A stretch of DNA of 64,000 bases. Origin: Lama guanicoe. Its lineage: Eukaryota. Positions 25,829 through 39,497 of the stretch are shown piece after piece. Positions within the stretch are counted from its first letter, which is position 1. Every line of letters begins with the position of its first letter. A program made the position numbers and the translations under genes. The notes under the pieces were generated by a model. The model made no database searches and was not told the DNA's origin. It saw only the letters and a program-made list of their open reading frames with translations. The DNA lies in contig MU053472.1 in NCBI GenBank assembly GCA_013239625.1, positions 682,001 through 746,000 on the forward strand, written 5' to 3'.

Positions 25829-27637
25829 CTGGGAAATTCACAAGCGGTGTTATGCATCATCACTAACAGAAACAGTTACACATATTGACAAATTGGAATT
25901 TTTCTCACTAACGACACTGCAGAAAGAGATCATCAACCTACATCAAGTTCCTCAAGATAGTCTGGGGCCAAAGCGAGTCATCAATTGAAGAGGATTTGTG
26001 CGATGGTTAAAAAAAAAATAAAGGAAGCTGGGAAACCCTACAGCAAACTTGGTTAACAACGTTCCTTAGTATTTGGAGTTGCTGTGACGAGCACTAAAGC
26101 TGCCAGTCTGCAGGAACACCCATCAAACCGAGTTTAGCTGCTTGGGTTTGCTTTTCATGTGTTAGCTGTGCAGCCTGCTCTGTTACAAATATTGCAGCTG
26201 CTGTTTGGTTTGAACACATGAATTCTTTACATCCAATTTGCCCTTTACTAATACCCAACTGCTTTTTCTTGTGATTTCCAATTCTTGCTAAGTTTTAAGA
26301 ATTACCTGCTATTGATACGAGTTTTATAGTCATTTTATTTATTTAATTTTCACTTCATCTATAACATTTCACGATGCACTGCTAGAAGGTAAGGGCTTTT
26401 ATCCCCCAATATAATCTCAATACCACTGGCACACCTGAAAAAAAGTTAACAATAATTCTTTACTATCATATATGCAGTCAGTCTTTAGATTTCCCAGATC
26501 ATCTCAATTTTATAGTTGGTTTGTTTGAATCAGGATCCAAATAAGATTCATACATTATGCAGCCATTTTAGATTAAAAGGAGTTAATTTTTCAAATGAAG
26601 AATACTGGGCTAAGAAAATCTTCATAAATTGCTTATATGAATGTGAAAAAAGAAGAACGAGAAACAGCAGCAGCTAGTCATCTTACCTGATTTATACAAT
26701 GAAAACTCAACATCAAAAAAAAATATCTAGGGAAATCCAATTACTGTAATCTTAATATAATCTTAATTACCATAATCTATTTTATTGTAGAGTCAGATAA
26801 ATGTACAATATAATCACCACTTAAATGCAATTTGCTCTATCACATTAAATTTATAGTGAACAGCTCTCTATAGCATTCCAGAGATACAGAAAACAGCAAA
26901 ATCCTATCCTAAAATTCAGATGTGTTACTCACATAGAATTGTTTCGTCAACACAAATTTTTCAGTGTGTTCTCAAAATGCTGCTCTGCCCAGAATCCCAT
27001 TCTGACACTTGCAGCTTTTGTTTCCTTTCATGCTTTTGCAAATTATGGCTCATGGCTATTTAAGTGTACACCATCCATTAGGTAGCAGCACTCTAAATGT
27101 CCTTTTTATTCTCCAACCAAAGGATGAAGTGTACATACAAGAGCCTTCCTTCACTACTTTACATTCTTCCCGGGCATCTGGGTAACGCTGCCACGTTCCA
27201 ATTCTAATTGTGCCGTGGCTCTCACTGAAGGGGCGGGGGTCTAAATTAGGGCAGACACTCACGGAGTAAGGAACCTGTTGTGCACGGTGCCACACTCTGA
27301 CAGACGAGAGCATGCATTTGGGGGGATGCTTTTTATGCACTGTTAAGAGACTGATACACACTACCCAAAACAGAGAGCAAAGAGCTTAAGAAAGACTTTG
27401 TAAAACAAACCCTAAAATAAACACATCTAGGTATTTCATAATCTCTTATTCAAATTGCACTGAAGGCAATGTAGGGTAAACAATTTCCATCCCTTTGTCT
27501 TTCTAGCTCTTGCTATCTTGCTTAACTTTTGTAATTATAAAGCCAATCCACACCTTGGAGGTAGAATTGAGGGGACTCAGAGGGAGAGACTATTACACAG
27601 GCTGCCTGTATGAACGGAAAAGCCATATCTAAATTAC

Positions 27638-27705
27638 CTTCCCATGGCCACCTGATCATTGGGATCCAAGGAGCTGGTCTTCCGTTCTATGAGTTCTCGA
27701 AGGAG
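27638..27705 (-). CDS. AATF: AATF coding exon (exon 9 equivalent), 68 nt
   Basis: ccccag|CTCCTT...GGGAAG|gtaatt; [22 protein letters not shown](R). Confidence 0.97.
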
Positions 27706-30499
27706 CTGGGGGGAAAAGGAAAGCAAGTGATTTATTCATCATCTCCCAATACCGACCGACTTTAAAAGGGCACAGTAGGAATTCTGAATGGCACAGTGAC
27801 AGCTCTAAAACTACAATCAATAAGGGACAACCCAGTGGCAAGAGCATGACTGAATTCCCATTAACCCTTTCATATTTATATATTTTTAAAAAGGTGGCTA
27901 TAGCAATAGCTGAGAACAGAAGTCCATTTAGAAGACTTATTGTACTGTAGTTCATCTCAAATGGATCAATGAGTGTGCAACATTCCCTTCATGGTTTTTA
28001 TGATTAGTTTTGTCCGCCTCATCGATATCAGTGCAGAATCTTTAAAAGGTCAGGTGGGAGGGGCTGTGTGGCCAAAAGGAAAATGCATCAGCGTCTCACC
28101 AACAGGATAATGGTACATGCTTAACTCCTGACCTGTACCCCTAGCAGTCAGGAAGGCCTTCCTCAGGCAAAAAGCCTTTCTTAGATATAATTAAAAAGTG
28201 TGAACATCATTTGCTTGCTTCCCATAGCTGGTACTTTAGCACGCTCACCAAAATGATTTAATCACACACGGCACCAACACATTCACAGCTACAACAGTGT
28301 TGAGAAGGAACCCGAAGAAAGCCGTACGTGCGTACTGCAGACACAGCGCAGAGAACCTGTCCTTCACCCTGTACTGTTAACTCCACGGGAACTCCAAACG
28401 ACTCTCCTACTCCCCTCTTACTCCTGGGCAGGACGCTGCATGCAAACCAAAGTCAAAATCTCTGTCTTTCACACAGACTGAAGAATTTGCACTGGATCTT
28501 AAAGTCCAGGCGAAGAGAAGCGATGGACTTTAATAAGTTAAACATTAAAGGAGGAGAATTTTAAATTGCAATAATAATCTCTCCTATACAAGTAGTATAT
28601 GCAGGCAAACAGCAACACAGATTAACATCCCGAAAGTCTCCTGAGACAAATGAAGTAAGGGAAGACACTAAATAAACTGCCTCCCGCTAATCACCTGTCA
28701 ATAATACAGGTTTGACTTTAAAATTTGTTTCTTCAGAAAAGTAAGTAAGTATCTTACAGGTAAGGCATGGGAGCAATATATATGGTTCACCAAGCTAAAC
28801 CGCGGAAGTCTGTGGGAGAAGAACGGAGGAGGAATAAATTCCTACGAAAGCAGTTCACTCTCTAATTGTCATTTGTTTATGTAAGTCGGCACTGGGAGAA
28901 GTAAAACAAATTTGTAAAAAAAAAAAATTCATTTCCATATAGGATGAATATTGCAAAAGGGAAAAAAGGTTATCTTAATCGCAAATGAAAAGAACCTCCT
29001 GTGATGGTTTTTCATTTGCTTATTTTGGACATCATTACTACAGCAATTACGTTCAAAAATGCGGGGACCAGAGGCCTCTGGTTTATTATCACTAGAAAAC
29101 AGCAAGCTATTTCTCTACCCTGTTTATCTGATTGATTTCCAACATCTTTCTGGCAGCCAATCTATCAGTTTATCTCCCCTACTTCATCACAGTCACTTCT
29201 GGCAGCTAAATACAAGATCCAAATCCAGTGTTACACAGACATACGACACAGTAACCCTGTGTAACACCAACACTCTGTGAACAGCCACCCTTAAGGCTAA
29301 GCAGGAACAGGCTCTGGTTCCTAGTCAATATCCTGTCAAAAGCGAGGCTGAGGGGTAGAGGGAGGAGAGGTTAATAAAAAGATTTTTTTTAAATAAAGAA
29401 GAAGGAAAAGAGAAAGAAAAAGATAAAAAGGAAGGAAAATAATGGAATGACTACATCTCATTGCTCTTACCTTGTTCCAGCCACATAAGAGACTACAATC
29501 ACCACTCTCGGTTTTCCTACTAGTCTACTAGTCTCTGATCCCTTGAGCCCAGGGCTGCCGTGGCCACTGGGGGCGCGTGCTCACGGAAGGCTGCGCCAGC
29601 ACAACGGGGGCGATCCTCTGGAAGAAAGCCCCACATGCCCTTCCTGAAGGCTGGGAACGAGCCACACAACTGGGGCGGCTCTGGTACACGTGCAGTGGCC
29701 CTGCAATTTCCAACACCCAGCTGCTGCAGCAGGTACTCCCAAGCACCCTGGCTGCTTTACATATTCTGGGCTGCGTTTTCACTGCCCAAGTGCCTTACTT
29801 AGCTATCCTTAGTCATTCCCGGTTAGGAAGAGAGTTTTATTGGTCTATCTGGCTAAGTCTAGTTGACTCAGTCCAATGTTTCAGAAGACCCTGCTGAGCG
29901 CAAGGCAGGAATAAGAAAGCAGCAAGAAAATACAGCAAAGCAAACTATCCTTATGCCAATTACCATTTCCAACAGCTCTCACTATTACTGGGCTTAAATT
30001 TAATTAGGAAAACCAACTTCCAAAAAGTTGCTGAAAGATGAAGCTTTAGTATCCTACACTGCTGAAGAATCTAGTGCTGCTTCCCAATTCAATTTTCATA
30101 GCTTAACTTCAAGAACAAACTTTTCCATTAACATTCATGTTTGTGTTAGTTAGTGGAACTGTTTATTTCAACAATAATGACACGATAGGTGTAACTTTCT
30201 ATGTGATTCAGAAAATGGAGAGATACATGAAATATTTTTGTTCCAGTCTGTTATAATTCCTCCAGAGAGTCAATTCAGAAAGGCTTGGCTGTTTCTCTAG
30301 TTCTGGGGGAAAATCACAGATGCAGCTGGGTTCCCAGGTCAGCCCACAAAAACCTATTTAACCCATAACAACATATACGAGGGATGGCAGTGACGGCGCT
30401 ACTCGGAATCTAGTCAGCATTTGTAATACTTTACCTGGAAAAATGCATGCCAGAATCAGTTTACAATGGCATGTTGAATACATGTTTATCTCTTCTCCC

Positions 30500-32660
30500 T
30501 TCTCAACTCCTCTAAAAGACGGTGGAGGATAAAACGAATGTTTTAACCCACAAGAAAGAAGAGAAAAGGAGAGTGAATGAGTAGATTTTCATAAAATTTT
30601 CAAAGACAAGAGATGGAGGAGTAAAAGGAAGGTATCACTCAAGTGCCTAGAGGGAAAATAGGTGGGTGGAGCCAATTAGGAGACAGAATCCCTGTGGGAG
30701 GAGCTCTAGGAGAGGTGGTGGCCCTGGAAAGTGGGGGAGGGAGGGAGCAGAAGCACTGGGCCTTCTCCATTATCCCACACAGCCAACCAACAAGCCCACT
30801 GCCTCCACCCGCTCCTCTCACAGGGAGAAAAGAAGTTTTATTCTCTGTAAAGACTGAGCCACAGAAGTCCAGAGGGATATGAGGCACAGAAGGCTAGGAG
30901 TGGGTATAAGGGAAAGGCTCTGAGCTCTTCTCTGGGACTTTCTGTCTCTGTCCTCCGCCCTATGCACAGAATGCTAGCACCTTGTGTATAACTTTCAAGG
31001 CAGGAGAGCAGAGGAGTCTTTTCTGGAGACTCTGGATGGTCGTCCCCTCTCTCCCCAGAAAATAAAGATTTTCAAGTTCTGACAACCAAGAGGTTAGATC
31101 ACAGCATAATTATATACAAAGGAGCCAAAAAGCTCTGCCCAGGCTTCAGAGAGAGTTTTGAATACCTTACTTTGAGACATGAAGGGACAGTTAAGGATCA
31201 CCAGCATCTGAGGAAAGTCTCAGACACAGGCCAAAACAAACAAAAAAGGTGGGGTGAAAGAAAGCAATGCAGAGAACAAACAAAACAAAACAAAAGAAAG
31301 AAAAAAGAAAGAGAAATCACAATGGACACCCTTCCACAGGACAAGAGAAAAGAGTAAAACCAGAAATTAAACACAAAACAAAACATTTTAAAATTTCAAT
31401 AGAACTGGAAGATAAATGTGCACAAATCTCTCAGATATAAAACAAAAGGGCAAAAAGAAAACATCTCCTTAATTATTTGTGAGAGAAGAAAAAAATTTAG
31501 AGGATAATCTAGAATGTCAAGTACCTGTCTAACGAAGACTGGGAGAAAATTATTAAAGAAGTAATAATGAAAACTTCCCCAAAGAAAAGCAAGAAATGTT
31601 AAACATAAACAAACAAACAAACAAATAACTTCCCTAAACCCAAGGACGGGAATGGACCCACAATGAGGAAAAAGGACCTTTCATAAAACACATCATCATG
31701 AAATATGAAACTCTAGAAGCAAAAAGAAGATCCTAACTGTGAGAGAAAAAAACAGGTCACATGTGAAGAGGGTGACTGCGTGTCCCCGTCTACCCCAGAG
31801 GGTCCTGGCAAATGCCTGCCGTTCTTTCAGGCGAGCCCCTCAAGGGCCCTGGTTTTGACAATAAATTGCACAGGCACCCTAAATATTAAGGAATATAAAT
31901 CTAAATGGGATTAGACACCTTAACAGCAATAGCAGATGCCAGGAGACAGCAGAGTAATGCCTTCAAAATTCTGAGAAAGATGACTTTCAACCTCAAATTC
32001 CACACACAGCCGAAGTATGAACCAAGAATGAGAGTTCCACAGAGCATTTCACACACTCAAGGACCCAACCATTTACCTTCCACACACTTTCACAGGAAGA
32101 TGTGCTTTAGTAAAATGAGAGCAGGCGGCAAGAAGGAGAACGATGGGAGAGGTTAGAAAACAGGTCTACCTTCGGAAAGACGTGAAGGCAAGTCCCAGGA
32201 CTGCAGATGGCACAGGCCCAGAGAGCAGCTGTTCCAGAACGGAAGAGTCCCGGGAGCTCAGGAGTGAGGGCTCCAGGAGAAAGGGGGCAGATGACAGGTC
32301 ATTTTATACATTCAAGGCATTTGGAAAATGTGGGGGGAAAAAACAGCAGGAGACACAGAAAATTTAGCACATCTTTTAAAAGCAAGCATTATTAGCTCCA
32401 CGAAAAAACAAATCTGTAAGGAAACGTAATCATAGCACATCACTTGTGAACATTTATTTAATCACAACACCGGAAACACTTGTTTTCACGGAACTGCGAC
32501 TGTGAGCACAACAGGAGGAGGGAGAACCCAAGTACAGGGGAGGGGCTGGATGAGAGCAAGGAAGTCAAGAGAGGATTTGATAAACAACTGAAGTTGGTAA
32601 GTCAACAGTCATATAAACATGTTTTAAAATATGCAAATAACTAGGAAAAAACTTTAAAGT
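30500..32660 (+). mobile_element. Ancient L1ME/HAL1-type ORF1-region relic
   Basis: Degenerate ORF1-like segments 'gaaaacttcccc', 'catcatcatgaaat', 'acagcaatagcagatgccaggagacagcagagtaatgccttcaaaattctgaga' (track ORF: DARRQQSNAFKILRK). Boundaries approximate. Confidence 0.65.
31768..31881 (-). mobile_element. hAT-Blackjack MITE (MER94/MER81-like) nested in the old L1 relic
   Basis: Terminal inverted repeats 'gagggtgac...' and '...ggcacccta' (family termini TAGGGTGACC); internal 'ggttttgacaataaatt'. Confidence 0.65.
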
Positions 32661-32984
32661 ACTGGAGGTTTTTACCCTCCAGGGCTTCTCAGCACAATAG
32701 TATTTTAACATTTCTTAAGTAATGGAGAACTCAAGAAGAATCTGCCAGTATTTGTTTAGCAACATCCAGAGGAAAGAGTACAGATATTTCTGGAAAATCT
32801 TTCCAGGTTGTAAATTCACACTGAGAAATTCTACAATTCCTACAGGGAAGAAAGGACAGGAGGATCAGGATATATTGATTAAAGCCCTTATGAATACTTT
32901 TCTGTTCCCTAAAACACGGCAACACACTAGAAAGTATACCAATAACGTTTATTTTAATTTGCTGCAGATAATGTCAAATAACTG

Positions 32985-34220
32985 TTAACTACTTTGAGAT
33001 ACAGTTCACTTACCATACAACTCACCCATTCAAAGTATATATAATTCAGCATTTTTTAGTAAATTCAGAGTTGTGCAATCATATTTAATTTTAGAACATT
33101 TTAATCCCACCTTAAAGAAACACGACCCTAGCTGTCATCCCCAGTATCCCCTAGCCACATGCCCCCAGTAGCCCTAAGTAACCACTAAACTGTCTGTCTT
33201 TACAGTTATGCTCATTCTGGACACTTCATATAAAGAGGATCATATAACATATGGTCTTTTATGGCTGGTTTTCACTTAACAGGTTTTCAAGTTTTGTGCA
33301 TGTTGCAGTATTGTTTGTACATCATTCCTTCCTATGGCTGAATAATATTCCACTGCATGCATACACCATGTTTTGTTAACTATTCACCCCTGAGGAACAT
33401 TTGGGTTATTTCCACTTTATGGCTCTGCCGCTGTGGACATTCATGTACTAGTCTTTGTGCGCTTTCATTTCTCTTGGGTTTATACCCAGGAGCAGAACTG
33501 CTAGGTCATGCAGTCACTCTGTGTTTAACATTCTGAGGAACTGCCACAGACTGTTTTCCAAAACAGCTGCATCACTTTACATTCCCACCAGCATCATTTG
33601 AGGGGTCCAATTTTTCCACATCTTTGCCAGCACTTGTTATTATCTGACTTTTTAACTATACCATCCTAGCGGATATAAAGTAGTATCTCATTGCAGTTTT
33701 GTGTGGGTTTGCTTTGCATCTCCCCAATGGCAAATTAAGTTGATCACAGTCCTGTGTTACTGGCCATCTGTATATCATCTCTGGAAAAATGTCTATTCAG
33801 ATGCTTTGCCCATTCTTTAATTGGGCTGTCTTTTTATGATTGAATTTAAGAGTTCTTTATATATTCTAGATTCCAATCCCTTATTAACCCCTATTCTGTG
33901 GGTTGTCATCAAAGTTTTTAATTTTGATATAGTCCAATTTTTTTCCTCTTGTCATTGGTGTATTTGGCGTTATATCTAAGAAACCACTGCCTAACTCTAG
34001 GTCACAAAGATTTACTCCCATTTACTTCTGAGATTTATTTCTTCTGAGAGTTTTAGTTTTTGTTCTTATATTTAGACCTGGGATACATTCTGAGTTAACT
34101 TTTGTATATGGTGTAAGGTAGGGGTCCAACTTCATTCTTTTGCACAAGAAAATCCAATTGCACCGTTTGTTATGACTACTCGTTTCCCCTACTACATTGT
34201 TTCGGTATCCTTACTAAAAA
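32985..34220 (-). mobile_element. Old L1 (L1MB-type) 3' fragment
   Basis: 'ctttgagatacagttcacttaccataca...ggctgaataatattccactg...ttctgaggaactgcc...aaatgtctattcag...ggggtccaacttcattcttttgca' are diagnostic antisense L1 3' motifs. Confidence 0.9.
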
Positions 34221-34779
34221 GCCAAGTAATTTTTAAAGCATTTGGTTTTAAAACTTCATATTCCCTGGCTTTCTGAATTTGTGACCCACCGTTACTGATT
34301 CCTACCACTCAGGCTTCCATGGTTCATCAGCACAGATGCTTGAGGTGGAAAAAAGCTTGGGGCAACCCTCTATTTCACTTACTTAGCATCGCTGAGTCAG
34401 GATTTTTCAAAGTCCCTCCCCTTCCTAGAGAGCACGTGAAAGACGTGCAGTCAGCCCCCTTACACGTGCTCCACTCCCGCTCTCACTGACACACACAAAA
34501 AAAGCAGATTCACAAGGCTTGGCTTTATTCCTCCTTCAGCTTCCTCTCTAGCTCCGACAAGAACTCACAGTGAAGTACATCTATTTCTGCTCTAACTCCT
34601 GCTTTACTACCCTTTCCCCTTCTTTCAGTTCTCAGATCTCCAGTCTTTCAAATCAACCCCAAAAGGAATCACTTGCAACTTTTATAGTATATTTGAAGCA
34701 TACAAAAAATAAATCCACATATACTATAATTTCAAATAGCTGGGAAGGAATTATTGTCCACCCCTACCATATGAAACTG

Positions 34780-35920
34780 CCATAAAATGACCCACTCCTT
34801 ATGGGTAAGTATTTTTTCTGTCTCCTTTCCACATTGTCCCCTTACTCCTCAAACAACTCTACACCACCTAATATTTCTGCCTTCATTATTCTACTGAAAC
34901 AACTCGGGCCAAGGCCTCGAGAGCTCCATGTCTAGGGACATCTGTCATGACTCATTTTACTAGATTTCCTGAAGCAGCAAGTGACACTGGACATTCTCAC
35001 CTTCCTGAAACACTCTTTTCTTGGTATCTGTGAGACACCTTCATCAGTTTATACCATATTCAGCCAGCTCTTCCACCCAAACATTAAATGTTAACATCCC
35101 TCAAGACTAGTTCCAAGCTTTCTTTTCTTCTCACTCCATATGCTTTTTTTCCCCAAAAGTTTAAGAGTGATCCCTGGAATTCCTTTTCCCTCACACTCAA
35201 TATCTAACCTATCTCCAGGTCTTACACATGCGATCCACCAATTCATGAATCTATCCATTTTTCTCTGTCTCCACTGCCTATACCCTAGTAGAGGCTAGTA
35301 TCGTCTTCATTCATTCCATAAATACTGAGCACACTGGGAAAGCAATGAAGAATAAAACAGACATAGCCTCACTTGAGTTAATATAATGGTTTTGTTAAAT
35401 TTACCCTTGCCCCGCCTTCATTTTGCTCTCCTCATTCCAGTCAGAGTAATATTTTCAAAACGCAAGTATGCCAGAGTATAAGATCCTTATTGCAGCCTAA
35501 AGCCCCCTTATCTACCTCTCCAGCCTAGCTTGACACCTCGGTGCTCCAGTCCCACCAGCACTCCTTTTGTACCTGACATGCTCCCAGGCTCGCTCCCACC
35601 ACAGAGCCCTTTTCTGCACTTGCACTACCTGGAACATGCTTCCTTAACCATCTACCTGCTTACATCTCACCTTCTCTACTCACTCGTTCAATCTCAGCTC
35701 AGTCATCTCTTCCTCTGAAAAACCTTTCTTAAATTCACCCCTTCATACATTTACACGATGTTTTTGTTGTACTTAATTTACATTTTATTAGTGGATCATA
35801 TGATTAGTGTCTATTTGCTCCACTGGCCGAGTGTCTGCTTCACGAGGAGCAGAGGATGTATCTGACTGTGCTCACCATTCTGTCCCCTCCACTGGCCCAT
35901 TGAAGGAGCTCAATAAATAA
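34780..35920 (+). mobile_element. LINE-2 relic (3' region)
   Basis: C/T-rich L2 motifs 'ccttcctgaaacactcttttcttgg', 'tctccactgcc', 'ctacctggaacatgcttcc' and 3' end 'gagctcaataaat'. Confidence 0.7.
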
Positions 35921-36689
35921 ATACGCACAGGGGGAAAAAACTGTTTCTGGAGGAAAATATCAAATTTGGGTTTCCTTTATCATATACACAGACTCCTTTT
36001 GTTTTTAAACAAAAGGAATAATCCTATATAATACCCTGATTTTAATCCAGGGTACCACTATCTACATAAGCAATTGAGGAATCTATAGTGTTTCTATCAC
36101 TACCAATTATCAGCACTTCCTCCTCCTCAAACAATATTCTCCTTCTCACACATCTCACTCAGGACCTAGAGAACTGGGCGGTTTAAGTGGGTGGGAATTA
36201 CCTTTTTATTTAAATCTTCCCATGAGTATCTGAATTAAAAAAGCAAAAACAAAAACAAAAGAAACTACTTAATCCAAATGAATGAAAAGACTATAAGACA
36301 CTTCTCATTATTTTACTGTTAAAATGACATAGATCTATCCTCCCTCTTGGGTCTCATTTCCCAAAGGGAGAAGGTTGGTTCTTCTCAGGAAAAGAAGAGA
36401 GGGAACAGATCTTTTGTGCTCCCCCTAATGACCCCCTCAATATCCTCTTTTTGTAGTATCATCAGGTTGGTCCTTTCACTGCAAGAAAGGTGTCTTATAT
36501 CTTTGTAATAAAGATCTGAATTAATTTCAATATAGTATTTTCTATTTAAATATCTTTTATCTATGAAATAGGTCTGTCAAATCCCAGCTGCAGGTTTCCA
36601 CCTCCCATTTTATCTATTGTTCTAGATATAAGCGGTCAAGTCCACGACTGAGTGTGCTACATGGTTCAGTGTAACCGCAGGTATCTGCC

Positions 36690-36900
36690 AATCAGTGGGT
36701 AAAACATCATGGCTATGGAGTCTGCCATACCTGGGTTCTGAATTCCAGCTATGCCCCTTACTAGCTGTGAATTTGTGACAAGTTATTTGACCTGAGACTC
36801 AGCTTCCTTATAGTAATTGTACCTCATAAAGTTGACTTGGGATTTTAAAAGATGATAAAAGTAAAGCACTTAGCAAAATGTAAGTATTCAATAAGTAGAA
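36690..36900 (+). mobile_element. MIR SINE
   Basis: 'ggctatggagtctgccatacctgggttctgaattccagct...ctagctgtg...aagttatttgacct...aaagcacttagca'. Confidence 0.8.
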
Positions 36901-38687
36901 ATATTGTCAACATTAGATAATGATACTCATAGGTAATCTGCAAAACCTGTTTGGGAAGAAAATGCACCACCTTCCATAGCTAAATCACCAAGGCTGCTAA
37001 CAATGAACAAGTACAACAATTCAATGTTCCTTCCTACCAACTGTCAACAGTAGATAACAAATAAGACGTGAAGTGAGGGAGAAGCAGAACTGAAGGAAGA
37101 AAACATAAAAAGCATAAAAAATTCACAAAAATACCAAGTCAAAAGTTGAAAAGCAGGTTATTATTTGCAGGACTTTTCCAAATTAGACTATGACAAACTG
37201 GGGCAAGAGTGGTCCTCTCTCTGTCATTATTCTATCAGGACAACTAACTGTTCTTCCCTTTCCATGGCCTGCAACTACCCCCACCATCCTCTGATCACAC
37301 AATCCGTCCCCCCTGCACAGTGACTACTCAATAGTATTTCAAAAAGGAAAGAGTTAAAGCAGCAAGTGGTCTTCTGGATCCTGTGATCACAGATGAAAAG
37401 CATCCAACTTCTGCAGTGATGAGTACAATATTTACAAGAATAACAACAGGGGAGAATGGAGGGAAATCAGGACGTGTGAATAAAACCCAAGTGCATCTGA
37501 CCACTGAAGTTGCAGACAACCCACCTTGGTTACTAAAATAAGAAAATGTGTAGCTAGAGGCTACCGCTGAAAAAGTCAGCCTAACTCCGCCTCACTGCCC
37601 TTGGTCTCTAAGGCTTTGATTAGTTTTTCCACTTTCTGATTCAGCATTGCCTCATGCTTCCATTCCAGGGTTGGAGCTAAGGCCTGTGATTTGGAAGGGA
37701 TGATAAATTCATTCACTGAATAAAGCAACACTGTTTTCTCAGTACAAGTTCTAAAATATTTCAAAGGCCATAATATTTCACTAGGCTTGGCCATTTGGGT
37801 TAAAATTTATTAGTCAAAACAGAAAACTTTCTCATCAGACCCCATATATTCCATTAGGCATGACATATAGTGTCTCCCGATGTCTAATTATTAACTAGAA
37901 GTGTAAGTAAATCACTATCAGTATTAGGCTCTGATGTGTGAAGACAGAGTGTGACAGGCGATTCGATTGCTAAAGAACTTCTTTTTGCCAATTGGCTTTT
38001 CTTTTCTTTTTCCTGCAAATAAAAAGAGTATTACAAGGACTAACTGACTGTATTAAACCATTCTTCCTAATTGATACCAAAAGTAACAATGAACAGGAAG
38101 TGCTATAGTTTAGGATTTCCAACAGCCCCCATTTCCAGTATTCTGTTCCTTGGTCACCAGACAGATGCCCTGGGGTGTGTGTGCACATGTGTCTATTTTT
38201 TGTCGGTACAAAGAAGGTGAGGAGAGGGGTTGTGTATCCTTTGGGACACCAGTTCAATCACTGACTGTTTCTGGGCATTCTTTGGCAATGTTTCTTCTAA
38301 TGGCACTGCACAATATATCATTTGTATTGACAGAATAGAGAAAATCATTCAGAACTAGAGAAGATTTTACTAAAAAGGATTCACAAGTAAGAAACCAAAA
38401 AGGTAGTACTAACTTGTATTCTGTAATTATGTCCTTTAAGGATTAAAAGCCCAGCTGAAACAAACCTCAACCTCTTTCCAGGGTTCTCCCTCTAGCATGC
38501 AGACTCCAATAATTCTTTAGCCCCACCAGGATCAATAACCCATTGATCCTACTACTTTTCAGCATCCCTGCTCCTCTCCTCACATGCGCACTTCTCCCCT
38601 TACTCAGGTGGATGTGATTCACAGTCCACGAGGATAATCACTCCTGGTAAATATCCTCAACTCCCTTGCATGCCGCCCCTTTGTCAT

Positions 38688-39019
38688 ACAGAGTCACAAA
38701 CCCTTGGGGATTGATGTGTCTTGGAATTCAGAATTTTTAGAAGTTCTGGAAAGTAATACAGTGTATATACCATAAATGTCCCAGTGGAGACCAGGGCAGC
38801 ACCCCAAAGTCAAACATATTAATATTCCTGCAGCAAAACACATAACATTTCCACTCAGCAGGATAAAAAAAGCCGTACAGGTTTATATAACTTCTTGACC
38901 ACTCAGATCAGATGTTGCCATCACAATGTTTTGCCAAATTTACCAAAACAAACAGAATACTACGAGTTTTCAGAATTTTTTAAATTTTAGAATTGCAAAT
39001 AAGGGATTATGTACCTGTA
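38688..39019. mobile_element. TcMar-Tigger MITE (MER46C-like) nested in L2
   Basis: Ends 'tacagagtcacaaaccctt' and 'agaattgcaaataagggattatgtacctgta'. Confidence 0.72.
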
Positions 39020-39497
39020 CTGCCTTGGCAAAACCCCAAACCATGTTAAATCTCGGGAGATGCATCCATGTGGCTGAACTGGCCAGAGAGAAAGACAAGA
39101 TGAGTGACTGGTCTCACTGATTTTAAGATCATCACTGCTAACCTTACGTGAGTCTTTGGGCTACCGGACAATTTCACTACAGTTTCCGCATCACTCACTC
39201 TCCCACTGTATTAGGTGACTTTGCCACACCTTCTCTTTCCCCAAACCTCCAGCCCTGCACTTAGATGAGAACTTCCACATGCTCCCACCCCATATTTACT
39301 TGCAAGAGTACCCATCTACTGCGCTTTTCCTCCAACACCACGGATGAACTGTCCATCAGACCAACCCCTCTCTACCTGCATCCCCACCAGCAAATTCTCA
39401 CCTCATTCCTGAAACATGCATTTCCCCCTCTCTACTAGATCATTTCCATCAGGACACAAACAGCATACAAAGTACATCTATCTTAAAACAAAGCAAA

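Noticed and set aside
28725..28770. Cluster of + strand splice-like signals (ttcttcag aaaa gtaagtaagt...cag gtaagg)
   Set aside because: Antisense to AATF, with no coherent exon or antisense gene visible.
29465..29480. Strong minus-strand donor AAG|gtaaga in intron 8 (possible cryptic exon)
   Set aside because: I could not identify a convincing paired acceptor or reading frame.
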